Positions 14,150 through 27,880 of a stretch of 64,000 bases of DNA are shown here, piece after piece. The DNA is from Eledone cirrhosa. Taxonomy: Eukaryota. The translations under genes and the position numbers were made by a program. The stretch spans positions 68,448,001 to 68,512,000 of the forward strand of contig OZ024741.1 of assembly GCA_964016885.1 (NCBI GenBank), written 5' to 3'. The notes under the pieces are model-generated. The model saw only the letters and a list, made by a program, of their open reading frames with translations, did not search any database and was not told where the DNA came from. The first letter of the stretch is position 1; each line of letters begins with the position of its first letter.

Positions 14150-14741
14150 TGAGAGGGAAAGGGAAAATCTCTATATATATAATTAGAAAAAAGTAAATTA
14201 TTTACCGACCTAGAAAGAATAAAAACCATAATTGACCTCGGTGGGAATTGAACACAGAGCGCAGAGTGTGGCAACGAATAGCAAAGAGCCTTTCAACCGT
14301 CGCTCTCACTACTCTATAAAAAAAGAAATAGATGGATAAATATATAAATAAAAGAAAATGCTGGGATTGAGGTGTTTGGGATACCTTTGATAATAGGTTA
14401 GTTGGATGAGGGTTTGCCTAGGGTTAAACAAGAACAGTAGCGAAATAATAACACGAAAAACATGTAGAAAACGTAATGACATCAGGTGCCTTGTCAACGT
14501 GTACTGTTTATATTTCACAGTTAAACGAAACACAGCCAAGGTTAAGTCGGGTTGATGACGGTGGATGAAATGTATAGTGATGATGCTGATGCTGATGATG
14601 ATAATGATAATGATGATAATGATGATAATGATGATAATGATGACGATGATGATAATAATGAGATGGTTAAAGAGTTTGGTTGCAATACTTGCTCGTGCCA
14701 AGAACGACCCGTCACTCAGCTTTGCAGAAATCGTGATTCTT

Positions 14742-14985
<244 letters not shown>

Positions 14986-15599
14986 TTTCACTTTCATGTT
15001 ATGTATGTATTACGAACATACTTATACATACATATCTATGTATATATATATACACAGATATGTATGTATAACTATATTCGTATACACATATTCACGTACA
15101 CACCCTACACAAATTAATTTAAGACTTATCTACGGTAACACCCGAACGATACCGAGATTTCTTTAGACAGTTGCTTCCACACACCTCTTCCACATTTTAA
15201 CTATCTCTCTTTCTCTCTCCCCCTCTCTCTCCTTCATCTTTTCTTTAAATTCTTTCATTTTTATTTCCTCTAGCTTTCATTCCCCAGTTCGTTCGTTTCT
15301 TCTTCTTCTTCTTCTTCTTCTTCTTCTTCTTCTTCTTCTCCTTCTCCTCCTCCACCTCCTCTTCTGTCTCTGTGAGATTCTAGCTTATTTTTGTCTCAGT
15401 GAAAACTAGATGGATATGCAGCGTTGACAACCTCCAGCAAGCGAGAAACAAGGCTGTCGGCTGCTTTCCCTTGTTTTGGCTGAGACTAAGGATGAATGAC
15501 GGTGGTCATAATCTTAAAGATTCATAGCGAAAGGCTGTCAAATGTTTTTCATAAAAACATTGTGTATATTATTAGATATACACCCCACCATATATATAT

Positions 15600-15812
15600 A
15601 GGCGTGTGGCTGAGTGGTTAGGGAATTGGATTCGGAATCGTAAGGTTGTGAGTTCGATTCCTGGACCAGGTGATGCGTTATGTCCTTGAGCAAGACACTT
15701 TATTTCACGTTGCTCCTTCTCCCTGGAGTTGCGACCGATAGATAGTATTAGCAATTGGAAAGACCAACGGAAACATTGTTCCCTCGGTCCGATTTGACGA
15801 AAGTCGATCGTT
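15600..15812 (+). mobile_element. tRNA-derived SINE with a shared tail (second copy 23782-23942)
   Basis: ggcgtgtggctgagtggttaggg..gagttcgattcc..tccttgagcaagacacttt followed by ctggagttgcg..gacgaaagtcgat in both copies. Confidence 0.75.
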
Positions 15813-15922
15813 TTCTTATATATATATACAGGTTAATATAAATTAATATATTTGATAAACACAAATACCAACATATCCGTGTTTGTATTGTAAATGACTA
15901 AGTTAGCTAGATTGAAAAATGC

Positions 15923-15959
<37 letters not shown>

Positions 15960-16400
15960 AAATTTCGCTCTTCATGGCTGAATACAATAAATGTAATTTG
16001 AGTTTTTCGAATATTAATAATAACATTCGATTTGTTTGCAATTTTGCAAACAAGCCTCAATTTTATAGCCTTGTCAGCAGAATGAACACTTTATTCTTGC
16101 TCTTGTGTTGGCATGCAAACAGAACTGCAGACACTAATGTTTCTGGGTATCACCCTTCATCAGTACAGCGCACTGTTCACCTGCCAAACTGTCAGAACTA
16201 GTGAAAATATATGGTATTTTCAAAAATACACAGTGACTGATCGGCCTGATTTGCATATTAGCAGACTGGTTGATCAGTCAGATCTGCATATTAGCAGATC
16301 CACTGATCAGACAGATTTGCATATCAGCAGACTGGCCAGTCAGTTTCCTTGTGCCAAAAGTAGAAACAATTATTAATATTCGAAAAACTAAGATTACATT

Positions 16401-16456
<56 letters not shown>

Positions 16457-16537
16457 AAGTTAAATAAAAGTCAAATGATTAAAATTTAGCTTCGTTTATT
16501 ACTGAGGTGTTGGTATACAACCAACATAAACTCAAAA

Positions 16538-16573
<36 letters not shown>

Positions 16574-16624
16574 AAATAAGATAAAATAAATAAGTCAAAT
16601 GTTTAAAATTTAGTTTCGTTTATT

Positions 16625-16679
16625 ACTGCTATATATATTTCGGTGACAGCCATCTTTGGCTGTGACATCTTCAGGCAGT
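16625..16679 (-). ncRNA. Minimal type I hammerhead ribozyme (left arm of fold-back 16572-17085)
   Basis: RC: ACUGC CUGAAGA UGUCACAGCCA aaga UGGCUGUCACC GAAA UAUAUA UA GCAGU. Confidence 0.8.
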
Positions 16680-16883
16680 CCGAATTAGTGTGGTATAGAC
16701 AAGTACATATGTTGTTGAAGTGTATAACCTTGTCAATACTCTGATATGCCCAGTTCCTGGAATCATATGATTCCAGTTCCTCAGTGAAATAACAACCCAA
16801 CCAGGAACTGAGCATATCAGAGTATTGACAAGGTTATACACCTCAACAACTTATGTACTTGTCTATACCACACTAATTCGGAC

Positions 16884-16934
16884 TGCCTGAAGAGGTCACA
16901 GCCAAAGATGGCTGTCACCGAAATATATATAGCA
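16884..16934 (+). ncRNA. Minimal type I hammerhead ribozyme (right arm)
   Basis: UGC CUGAAGA GGUCACAGCCA aaga UGGCUGUCACC GAAA UAUAUA UA GCA; palindromic helix III. Confidence 0.88.
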
Positions 16935-17080
16935 TTAATAAACGAAGCTAAATTTTAAACATTTGACTTATTTATTTTATCTTATTTTACATTACTCCGG
17001 CGTAACCAAACCAACCTGCTCACTTCGTCGAGTGCTCCAATCTGCATACTGAGGTGTTGGTATACAACCAACATATACTC

Positions 17081-17247
<167 letters not shown>

Positions 17248-17290
17248 TTCTACAGAACTAGAACTGTTTCATTCGGGAGAAATCATCAGA

Positions 17291-17337
17291 CTTCCTGATG
17301 ATTTCTCCCGAATGAAACAGTTCTAGTCCTGTAGAAG
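17291..17337 (+). ncRNA. Type I hammerhead ribozyme inside perfect hairpin 17243-17341
   Basis: CUUC CUGAUGA U UUC uccc GAA U GAAA CAG uucuaguc CUG UA GAAG. Confidence 0.85.
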
Positions 17338-17537
17338 CCATTTCTATATTAAATATTTATACTCTGCTATGTATTGAGCATCTTACTTACTGTGGTTACC
17401 TCCAATTGAACCCGGGATAAACTTATATATATATATGCATATATAGAGAATCTGGCAACGCGGAGGAATTTTATAACTCTCTCTCCCTCTCTCTTTCCCC
17501 CCTCTCTCTGTATATATATATATATATGTGTGTGTGC

Positions 17538-17653
<116 letters not shown>

Positions 17654-18799
17654 ATATGAGATATACCTTAAGCACGACACTTGTTAAATATTTCTATCCC
17701 AGTTTAACTAAATATGTACTAGACTTAAGACTTTAAAGCAAACCTCTAGCTTCACTCTGAAAGGTACTAATCTGTTTTATTATAATTCAATTTCTTGACA
17801 GGTGTTAATTACTGCAGTCATCTTTATTTGTATGTCGATCTCATTAACAATTGAAAAGGTATCTATGATATGGTGTTTTGAAACACTTCGGAAGCCGGAC
17901 ATAGATATAACCACTGGGTAAGTTCTGTTTGATTCTATTCCTCCATTTTTGATATTGTTTCTCACAACTAAGTTTCTTATGCATTGATTTGATAGCTGCA
18001 ACCGTAGAGTGCAGGTTTGGATTTAGACATTGGGGGATGGAGGACTGGGGGCTGGGGAAACTTAAGATTTGGAAGCGGGGGAGGGCCCTCATACACAAAA
18101 AATTAGAATACACAACAAAACTTCCAATTTTATATATAAAAGGTAGATTGGCGCAAATAATTGGAATTGAAAAGTTATACATACAGGTATTACATTAAAA
18201 AAATGTAACTATACTAAAACCATACAGCCCTGCTGTGGGCACAAATAAGTTGCTACGGCTGTCGCTGGTGGGGCTCCCCACTGCAGGGGGCCAGGGTCAG
18301 TTACCCCTTTTACTCCCCATTAAATCCGGCCCTGGTAGAGAATGCATAAAATGTTTGTCATTGTTTTAGTTTCATTCTATACTTTATCAATTCCAATTTA
18401 ACCATAGATTTTCATTAATCGAAGGTCGATAGAAATAGAGAATCAGTCATATATCATGGGCATCTGTTGATAGTTGACGATGACTGTCCATACAAAATAT
18501 CTTGACTCAAAAGGGAACCAATCCTCTCCATTGGTTTCTATTCTCAGCTACTGTGATCCAGCTTCATGTATCGAAGTACAATCTCATGTTACGTTTAGCG
18601 ACATCCTGGTTTAATGGTAACGATATTATGCTGATGGTATTGCACATGTATCTATATGGGTAATTTTAGTTTATGGGGTATGTGTGTATAAAGGATTTTA
18701 TAATAAGCCTCTACAGTTTGACTGGAACAACAAAGTTTCTAACTCTATAATTTTGTCTTTGTTTCTAGACTCCAACAATCTCCTCTTTAAGAGTGTTGT

Positions 18800-20330
18800 T
18801 AGTTTATGTTTACTGCCTCTTTAATAAAAGTATTTTATGAAGTTATACGTAGGTTTTCTTACTTCGCCATCATTCTCTGGCTTTCTTACCGTAATATGAC
18901 TCCTGAATTTTACAGTTAGACTCACACGTCAGAATTTACCTGTTTATAAAGTGTTTGAGTTTCTTATGTAGCTGACACCATACTGAATATTGATTGATCT
19001 TGCCGTCAAATGGAGATATATGTATTGCTTTCATGATTTATTGCTTATCTTTGTTCGGAATTTTGTATAATAGAGACATATTGTCCTTTAATGTCTCTTA
19101 TCTAACTTTTGCGAGGTGTGATGTAGTGTGTTGTAATTGTTCCTGGTAAATTTATAGTCAGCCTACGAAAGGTTTTACTTGTATGGTCAATGAAACAACT
19201 GCTTTCATGAAGTTTACAACTTTCATTTTTGCAGCCAAATTCGTAAATCCCATTTGTCATTTGTAGCTTGTTCTCGGGCTTGCATACTTGTGGTTTGTTG
19301 TTAATAAAGTTTATGGCTTTTGAGTTTTTGTAGTAATTTATTACTGCTAATTAATAGTTTACTGTGATGCATTTTGTGTTATGATTTATGAGGTTTTTGA
19401 TTATATGTTCGTCTGTCCTGTAGCCTATATATATGCATTTGATTTATATAGTATACTTTATGTGTAGTTTATGTATTTTTGATAGCTATGATATCTGATG
19501 TATGTGTAGCATTATATTTATGTCTATGGCCTCGTCAATTAATCTATTGGAATATCAGTGGGTTTTTTTTAAATTTTTGCTTTATTCTATGCAATTCTTC
19601 ATCTAGTGTTATTTTTGAGGAAGAGAATCTAAATGTTCTCCTAAGGAAGGTTTTACTACTGATATATATGTGAGTGGACATTCGCACTTTCTATGTAAGT
19701 AGATACACTTGTTTGTGCTTTTTGTCTAACGGACGCCAAGTGTCTGCTTTCAGCAATCTTGATGTTTATATCTCTAAATCGGGTCACCTTTTTACTCTTC
19801 TGGGCGGTAAATTTGAGAACAGATTTCCTTTCTCAATTTTTTTCAATCATTTAATATCTTTCAGGGAATCCATTACAACAAATATATCGTCCTCATAATT
19901 GCTGTAATTTCGTGCTAGTGCATTGGTAATACCTTGTTTTCTAAGCTGGCTGGATAGAATGGAGCAAAAGTTGACCTTAAGGGAAAACCTATGTCCACTC
20001 TATTTTTTGTTTACATAAATTACGTTGTTGGCAGGGAAAAAGTAGTTCTGTTGTATATATTTAATAAATAGGTTTGCTGGTATCATGAGCGGCTTTAATG
20101 TTTGTATATATTAGGTAATAATATTTTTTACTGTTTTATCAATAGGGCATGAGTAAATAAACTTTCTACATCTAGCCTGGAGACAGTACCTACTTTTTCC
20201 TTTCTAGAAATTCTTTAGGTGATCGAACAGAAATTATTCAGATAATCTTATACTGTATTTTTTAGTACTTCTTGATAATACTGTCTTCTTGTTTAGCAAT
20301 TTTATGTGTTGGTGCGTATCTTTACGATAT
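18800..20330 (-). mobile_element. Highly degenerate Penelope-like element (RT plus GIY-YIG remnants)
   Basis: Hand translation of the minus strand gives VSRLDVESLF (~20160), YEDDI (~19885) and NGIYEFGCKNESCKLH..FIDHTSKT.RRLT (~19160-19250); many stops. Confidence 0.6.
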
Positions 20331-20359
20331 TATGGATCGGAGAGGTTATTTTTGTTTGT

Positions 20360-20740
20360 GTGTTGTTACTATGGCCTGGAGCTACTTGAAAGGATAGAGA
20401 AAGAAGCTATCAAAGGATGTCTATTCTTAAATACTATGCAGTTATATCATACAGATCCAGTGATAATAAACTCAAATCTGGATAGAAACTAAAAGTTGTT
20501 GAACATTTCAAATATCTTGAAGCTTCAATATCCAGTTCAGAAAAAAATATATATCAACAAAAGCAAGACACATACTGTATATGGCAAATATGTCCCAAAT
20601 TACCAAAGATCTGGAAGTCGCTCAAGGAAAAGTAATAAGATCTAGATATCTTTTGCAACGGTCGAGTCTGTCTTGTTGAGGAACATGGACCTTCACTGAG
20701 AGGCTATGGCAACCGATGACAGATGAGCTGTGAAAGGTAT
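20360..20740 (+). mobile_element. Old RTE-like LINE RT fragment
   Basis: LERIEKEA.. then KVVEHFKYLEASISSSEK resembles the F.YLG thumb region; frameshifted. Confidence 0.5.
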
Positions 20741-21775
20741 ATATGCGTATATCTTCGTTTATTCATTTACTGGTTTCCCTCATTAGACTGTGGCCATAAT
20801 GGGAAATGGCATTGACGGGATTTCATCGATTATATTGATACCAGTACTTATCCTTTCACATCTGGTATTTATTTTATCGATCTCTTGTTATCGAACCTTT
20901 AAGTTACGAAATATAAACACACACAGATAGAATCTTAATCATAGATACACGCACTCACACGCTTACACACACGCACACAGACATGCACGTACACACACAC
21001 ACACAACAGGTGGTGGTTATTTTATATCAATCGTTAGATATTTAATTGGCAAAATATAGTTTGACTTAAAGGGACACAACTCGTCGTAAATTCACAATTA
21101 TTTATCTGAAGCTGGCATTTCATTGTTATTCTCGGAATTACATTGTCTCTATTTGTAAACAGCCGATTTCTTCAGAGAAGAGAGAGAGAGAGAGAGGGAT
21201 AGTGAGAGTGAGAGAGAGTGAGTGAGTGAGAGAGAGGGAGAGGGAGAGATAAGTAGAGTGAGAGAGAGTGAGAGAGAGTGACAGAGAGAGAGTGACAGAG
21301 AGAGGGAGAGGGAGAGAGAGGGAAAGAGAGTGAGAGCGAGCGAGAGGGGGAAGGATAGGGAAGTGAGAGAGAGAAGGATAGTGTGTGTGAGAGAGAGAGA
21401 TTAGAACGCGAGTTATTTGTTCCAGCTCTACTCGGTCTGAGCTCAAATCCAATCTAGAGTTAACTTTAACTTTCGTAGAGTCGATGCGATACTTAACACA
21501 TACTACCAACACTACTTCTCCTCCTCCCCACTCCTCACCCCTTTCTTCTTCTTGTTCTTCTTCTTCTTCTTCTTCTTCTTCTTCTATAACACTAATATAG
21601 CTCATAAGCCACCACTCTGTGAAACGTCCGTAATTGCGCCTCACCAATTATAACCTTAATGTGAAACCTCATTTTGTTCCTCTTAATTACACACACACAT
21701 ATATATGAATAACAAAAGAATCCCATTCACTCAATTCAAAACGTATTAATCTACGATCATTATTTTTCTTTTTAA

Positions 21776-22170
21776 AGGGCGGTGGATTGGCAGTATCGGT
21801 AGAGGGCCGGACGCCATGCTTTGACGCATAGAGTTACGGCCCTTGCCATTCTGAGTTCAAATCCCGCAAAGGTTAACTTTGCTTTTCATCCTTACGGGGT
21901 CGATAAAATAAAGTACCAGTAATACACTGGGATAATTGCTGGCCTTGTGCCAAAAGTAGAAAAAATTATTTTTCTTTTTAAATAATTGTTCTACTTTTGG
22001 CACAAGGCCAGCAATTATCCCAGTGTATTACTGGTACTTTATTTTATCGACTCCGTAAGGATGAAAAGCAAAGTTAACCTCGGCGGGATTTGAACTCAGA
22101 CCATAAAGGGCCGTAACTCTTTGCTGCAAAGAATGGCGTCCGACTCTCTACTGATACTCCCAATCCAATC
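21776..22170. mobile_element. Tail-to-tail inverted pair of Nin-domain SINEs
   Basis: 21776-21968 (+) and 21980-22170 (-) are near reverse complements about 12 bp apart. Confidence 0.85.
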
Positions 22171-22344
22171 TTATGCTCTGTGACACTGCCTATCTTAAAT
22201 GGTCCGGATCTTACTTCATACATTTTAATTCGACCTTTTAATTACTGATACTAAAACATTGAGCTTCTATTCATCTTGATAAATATAACTTACGGTAAGT
22301 GAACATCTCCATTCATAAAAAGTTCTTTTGTATACATACATACA

Positions 22345-22917
22345 TATATGGTGGCTGCCAACTCGTTTTCAAGTACGGCCACTACTTTATATCCATGTAG
22401 GAGAACCCCTACCGATGCGCTGAACGAGTGTGACTTTTTAGTCCAGCCAGCGACTTGAAAACTCTGGTACAAACACTACACCTGTGACAATCATTGACAC
22501 ATAGTGCTGGGCCCATGGTACCATGTGATGACAAGTGCAGAGAGATCTCCAGATATAAAGCAATGCCTGTGCCGTGAAGCTTTTATAGTGAGTAAAGGCA
22601 CTGCACAAGGCCAGTCCCACTCTCTTAACTAAGATTATATTTACCAAAAAGAAGAACAAGTCAACATCATTGGATTCCATCAGGGTTGCAGGTGTTATAT
22701 CAGAGTTTTCCTTCTCCTAGAATTCTGCCTTGACAAAGGCTAAGGGGTCATCTCTCCCGGTGATTTTGGATGGCCATTGACTCTTAAGAGCTCCTTTGCC
22801 CTTTGACAGGTTTTGTTTTTAGTCCTGCAGGATGCCCAAAGTCACCCTCCTCACCAAGAAACCTTGGTGGGGTTGCCAGTTTAGTCGCCAACGACCCGAC
22901 CATCAGACAGGTTGTAA
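22345..22917 (-). mobile_element. Short non-autonomous RTE-like element (5'-UTR-like part plus C-terminal Zn-finger/3' end); second copy 29595-30087 (+)
   Basis: ctaggagaaggaaaactctga motif; RCSVCTR.FKSLAGLKSHTR* terminus; ends cgagttggcagccaccatat at a microsatellite. Confidence 0.6.
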
Positions 22918-23163
22918 TATATATATATATCACCGTATTTTGACTAAAGAAATTAAAGAAATTATTTAGCCTGATAGTGAGGTTAAGAACCCTCGGAGAA
23001 ATGGAAAAAGATGAGTATTGACGTACATGGGAGTCGAATCCACATCTTTGGTTATCCGGACCACTGTGCTACCATTTTGCGGGTTCTGTTACTTAAACAT
23101 AAGTATGTATACGTACATACATATTTGTATACAAACGTACATTATAACCGAGCATTATAATAA

Positions 23164-23756
23164 GTGTTCGGTAAACCCATACGTACATATATATACGTGT
23201 GCATGTATGTATATATATACATACTACTGTACGTCTGTATACATATATGTATGTACGTATACATACTTATATTTAAGTAACAGCCGTACTAAGAGTGAGA
23301 AATGAAATTTAGTTTCATTTTTTCAATTTATCGTTTTCGGTGCGCCCGGCCGACTAACTTACTCGATATGCAAAGTAGGCTGCTCAGCCGTTAATATGCA
23401 TAAGGAAAGTATATACTTTCAGATGTTCAATCATCTGGCAGGAAGGTATACGATGTTGACGATAGCTAATAAGCTTGAAACTAGTACATCGTTCCTTTGT
23501 CAGTGTTGAACAAAAGGGCAACGATGGTTGCTAAACACTGTACGGCTTAATTCGGGCTGCTTGTTTACAAACAAACCGAGCATTATAATAAGTTGTCGGT
23601 ATACCCATACGTACATATATATATATATATGTGCATGTATGTATATATATACATACTAGTGTACGTCTGTATACATATATGTATGTACGTATACATACTT
23701 ATATTTAAGTAACACTTATTAAGAGTGAGAAATGAAATTTCGTTTCATTTTTTCCA
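23164..23756 (+). mobile_element. Retrozyme-like ~410-bp partial tandem unit with hammerhead at 23450-23492 (C3U)
   Basis: accgagcattataat.. restarts at ~23576; ACGAUG UUGACGA U AGCU aaua AGCU U GAAA CUAG UA CAUCGU. Confidence 0.75.
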
Positions 23757-23945
23757 TATATATACAAAAGAACTTTTATGAAGGTGCGTGGCAGAGTGCT
23801 TAGAGAGTTCGATTCCTGGACCGGGTGATGCGTTGTTTCCTTGAGCAAGACACTTTACTGGAGTTGCGATAGACAGTATTAGCAACTTGAAAGACCAACG
23901 GAAACATTGTTTCCTCGGTCCGATTTGACGAAAGTCGATTGACTG

Positions 23946-24008
<63 letters not shown>

Positions 24009-24091
24009 TTGCTCTACGGTTCTTATATATTTGATATATATTTATCCTTATCGAGCCCTCTTTGGATTTTAGTCTTCAAATTTATTATTAT

Positions 24092-24165
<74 letters not shown>

Positions 24166-24167
<2 letters not shown>

Positions 24168-24559
24168 GATAATAAATTATCGTTATAGGTAATCCAGTTA
24201 GAGGTTGTGAGTACACTGTATTGTGGATAGTTTTAATTTACGGCGTTGTTTGACTCAACTAGAGGTTTCCTTAGTTAGGTAGCGAGTTCACGGGAATTCC
24301 TTTGCAGGTTAATATTGGAGTAATAATAGTGAAATAGTGAAGAATAACATGGTCATCAGTACAAAAAGGGTTTTATTTACAGTATTAACAATTGTTTCAT
24401 TGATTAAGGTGTCTAAAAATTGCTAATCACTTGAAGTTGTGTCACTCAATTTTAAATACATGCATGCCTAATCAGACCATCGGAATAACTGATTAAAATT
24501 ATACACGGCGTTTGTAATATACTAGGAAAATTCAAACCACAACATCAGTAATAAAGAGA

Positions 24560-24641
<82 letters not shown>

Positions 24642-27301
24642 AAAAAGAAAAAGAAATAATAATAAATAAATAAGTTAGAATGAAGATGGTAAAAAATAAG
24701 TTTAAAAAAATATATATGTATGAAAAAAATGATCATAATATGATTGTTGAAAATAGTTGTGGTGGTGTTGGTGGTGGTTAAAGTTATAGTGGAGTGTAAG
24801 TATAAAGATGTGATGGTATAAATATAAGCCTACAGAAAATTGATCGTTCTATTTTGCTGTTAAGCAGCATTTTGTCATACTTTAAAATATGGAACAGCTC
24901 CATATTGCAAAGTCCGCAGTGGGACATTCCATTACTGTAGGCTTTTACTCCCGATAATTTCGACCAGCTAATCCTGTATTCTTGGTTAATATTCGCCATG
25001 CTTTGACGCATAGAGTTACGGCCCTTGCCATTCTGAGTTCAAATCGCGCCGAGGTTAACTTTGCCTTTCATCCTTACGGGGTCGATAAAATAAAGTACCA
25101 GTAATACACTGGGTAATTGCTGGCCTTGTGCCAAAAAGTAGAAACAATTATTATGCTGCCAGATTTTATTGGCGAGCGTTGTTGTATTCACTAGTCTACT
25201 GTTCTTTATAGAATGTCTGTGAACGTACCATCTTTTTTTTTAACTCCCCAACCGTAGAATCTATGTAGTCCCGTGCTAAGATGCCCGAATTTATAGTACA
25301 CAGGTACACTATATTTGACTCCAATCATCTATTTTGTAGTGGGCACTTATCCGATAAGTGACAGTTACATTTAGAGGTTTTCCTTTGTGCCGGTTCTTCG
25401 ATGCGGTTTTGTATGTTGTTATGTATGGGCTGAGATTTGGGTTTGTTGATGTTTTGTTGTGATGCGTTCTGACGTGTGTGTGGTTGGTTGTGATGTTGTT
25501 ATGTGTTTGTGTTTTGTATTTGGTGTTATGGTGTTTGTTTGTAGGTTATTTTAATTAGAGATTCTTCTATAGTTAATTTTATGTATGTGTGATTCTATGT
25601 TGGCTGCAGTAGAGTAAGACAGTTTGATAGTTTTTCTATTAAAGATTTTATGGTATTTGTGAAGTTTAGGGAAGTGCTTGTCAATTAGTTTAAAGAATGT
25701 AGAAGGTAGTTTGGTTTTTATAGAGGAGTTAAATATTGGATTGAACCATAAGTATTCCCTATCTCTGGATTTTCTATACTTTCTACGGGTCCTTATATTA
25801 GTATTCGGTTCAGTTATTTCTGTTGCTCATTGTCTATTTCTATGTTTAGTCCTATATTTGCTATTTCTATAGGTGTGGGTAGTGTAGCTGTCGTTAGGTG
25901 TGTTGTTGTTGTCTCTATCTGGTATGTATTTGAGCCTCTCCTTGTGGCCTGCCTTAAGTAAAGCTATGTTGTAGTAGTTCGCGTGTTCATTAAAAATCTC
26001 TGGGTTAGAAGATAAGCGTGAAATTCTGAGGGATACACTATGTGCTATGGAGCTAATTATGGAGCGAAGGTGGTTTCAGTTATAACTAATGTATGCTAGA
26101 TTTTCGTTATTTTTATGGAAGGGCTCTATTAGTCTTGTGTTTAGGTCGAGTGTTACATCTAAGAAGTTAGCTTTTTTAGAATTAAGTTCGAAAGTGATGC
26201 CTAAGCCTAGTTTATTGAAGAAGATTCTAATGTTTTTACGTAATCTTTCCAAGTTTTGATTATTTAAGTTTTTAGCTAAAAGGAGTGTATAGTCTCTATA
26301 AATTCCTCCTTGGAGGTTATTAAATTCCTTATGTAAGATATGTGCTATATATATTCCAACTATGTCTGTTACTTGAGCTGAGTCGCTCTGGAATGTCCAC
26401 TGCGGACTTTGCAATATGGAGCTGTTCCATATTTTAAAGTATGACAAAATGCTGCTTAACAGCAAAATAGAATGATCAATTTTCTGTAGGCATAAAGCAG
26501 CTACTAAATTCGCAAATTTCAAACCAACATGAGTCGATCCAACAATCCCATAATTCAAACTGAACTACTTAGAGTCTATCATAATAACCCACTATTATTA
26601 ACTGTCAATAGACCAACTAATCACTAAATCAACATCATTACCTCCTAACCTTTCTTTCTTTCACTCTCTTTCCCTAAAACTATTTCACCTCTTCCATTAT
26701 ATCCTATCATGTTCTCTTCACCTCACACATAACTTCAAATTTATTAATTCATCCTTTATTTATCATTGCATTATTTCTTCCTAATATAACCCTCTGTAAT
26801 TTAACCAATATATGTATATATTTAAAATGTTCATATTTATACCATCACATCTTTATACTTACACACCACTATAACTTTAACCACCACCACCGCAACTATT
26901 TTCAACAATCATATTATGTTTATTTTTTTTCACACATATATATATTTTTTTACTTATTTTTTACCATCTTCATTCTAACTTATTTATTATTATTTATTTA
27001 TTATTTTTTCTTTTTCTTTTTTATTTTTTATTTTTCTCTCTCTTTTTCTTTTTTCTTTCGTTCTTTTTCTTTCTTTCTTACTGATGTTGTGATTTGAATT
27101 TTCCCAGTATATTACAAACGCCGTGTATAATTTTAATCAGTTATTCCGATGATTTGATTAGGCATGCATGTATTTACAATTGAGTGACACAACTTCAAGT
27201 GATTAGCAATTTTTAGACACCTTAATCAATGAAACAATTGTTAATACTGTAAATAAAACCCTTTTTGTACTGTTGACCATGTTAGTCTTCACTCTTTCAC
27301 T
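24166..27301 (-). mobile_element. 5'-truncated Penelope-like element with inverted pseudo-LTR arm (26390-27301) and a nested SINE (24994-25152)
   Basis: DSAQVTDIVG, GGIYRD, NFLDVTLDL, WFNP-like region, CNC..CPL, CGLCNME. 24330-24930 is mirrored at 26390-27301. Hammerhead-like folds (CCGAUGA..GAAACAAUUGUU) at 27140-27247 (+) and 24382-24489 (-). Confidence 0.85.
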
Positions 27302-27512
27302 ATATATATATATATTGATAATAAAAAAAAGATGAGGTGTTAGATCTTCATTAGATTTATTGAGGTGTGACACGACACGCGTTTTGTGATTGATCGGCTC
27401 AAAGCTTGATCTGTATCAATCGGGCCCGACTCTAGAATCAAAAGTTCATCGGACTTCTGTTATGGTAATGACAGAATGATTCCCTTCCGGCTTTGAGGAT
27501 ATACATATCAAT

Positions 27513-27551
<39 letters not shown>

Positions 27552-27818
27552 GTGAAGTTGGAAATAGCAGGGAAAATATATTTTAGGGTTTGTTTTTCTT
27601 TTTTCCCTTTCTTTGATTCGTCAAAGTGACATTATTGAAAAAAATGAGAGGGACAATTCTTTTAAAAAAGAGTTTTATAATGTATATAAAGTATATAAAA
27701 TATTACCGGTTTCGATGTATTATTAAAATTCATCTGTTGAAAAGAATTAATAAGAATTACAAACTAAAAATTAAAGATTTAAAATTAAGAGGTAAGTTTT
27801 TTTCATCTCCCTTGTTGA

Positions 27819-27877
<59 letters not shown>

Positions 27878-27880
<3 letters not shown>

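Noticed and set aside
16069-16212. Possible upstream chitin synthase exon (also a possible start exon 5285-5389)
   Set aside because: Several splice and frame choices fit and no diagnostic motif is present; needs RNA-seq.
23015-23078. tRNA gene candidate on the minus strand
   Set aside because: A/B boxes are present but the acceptor stem and anticodon arm are incomplete; more likely a SINE head.
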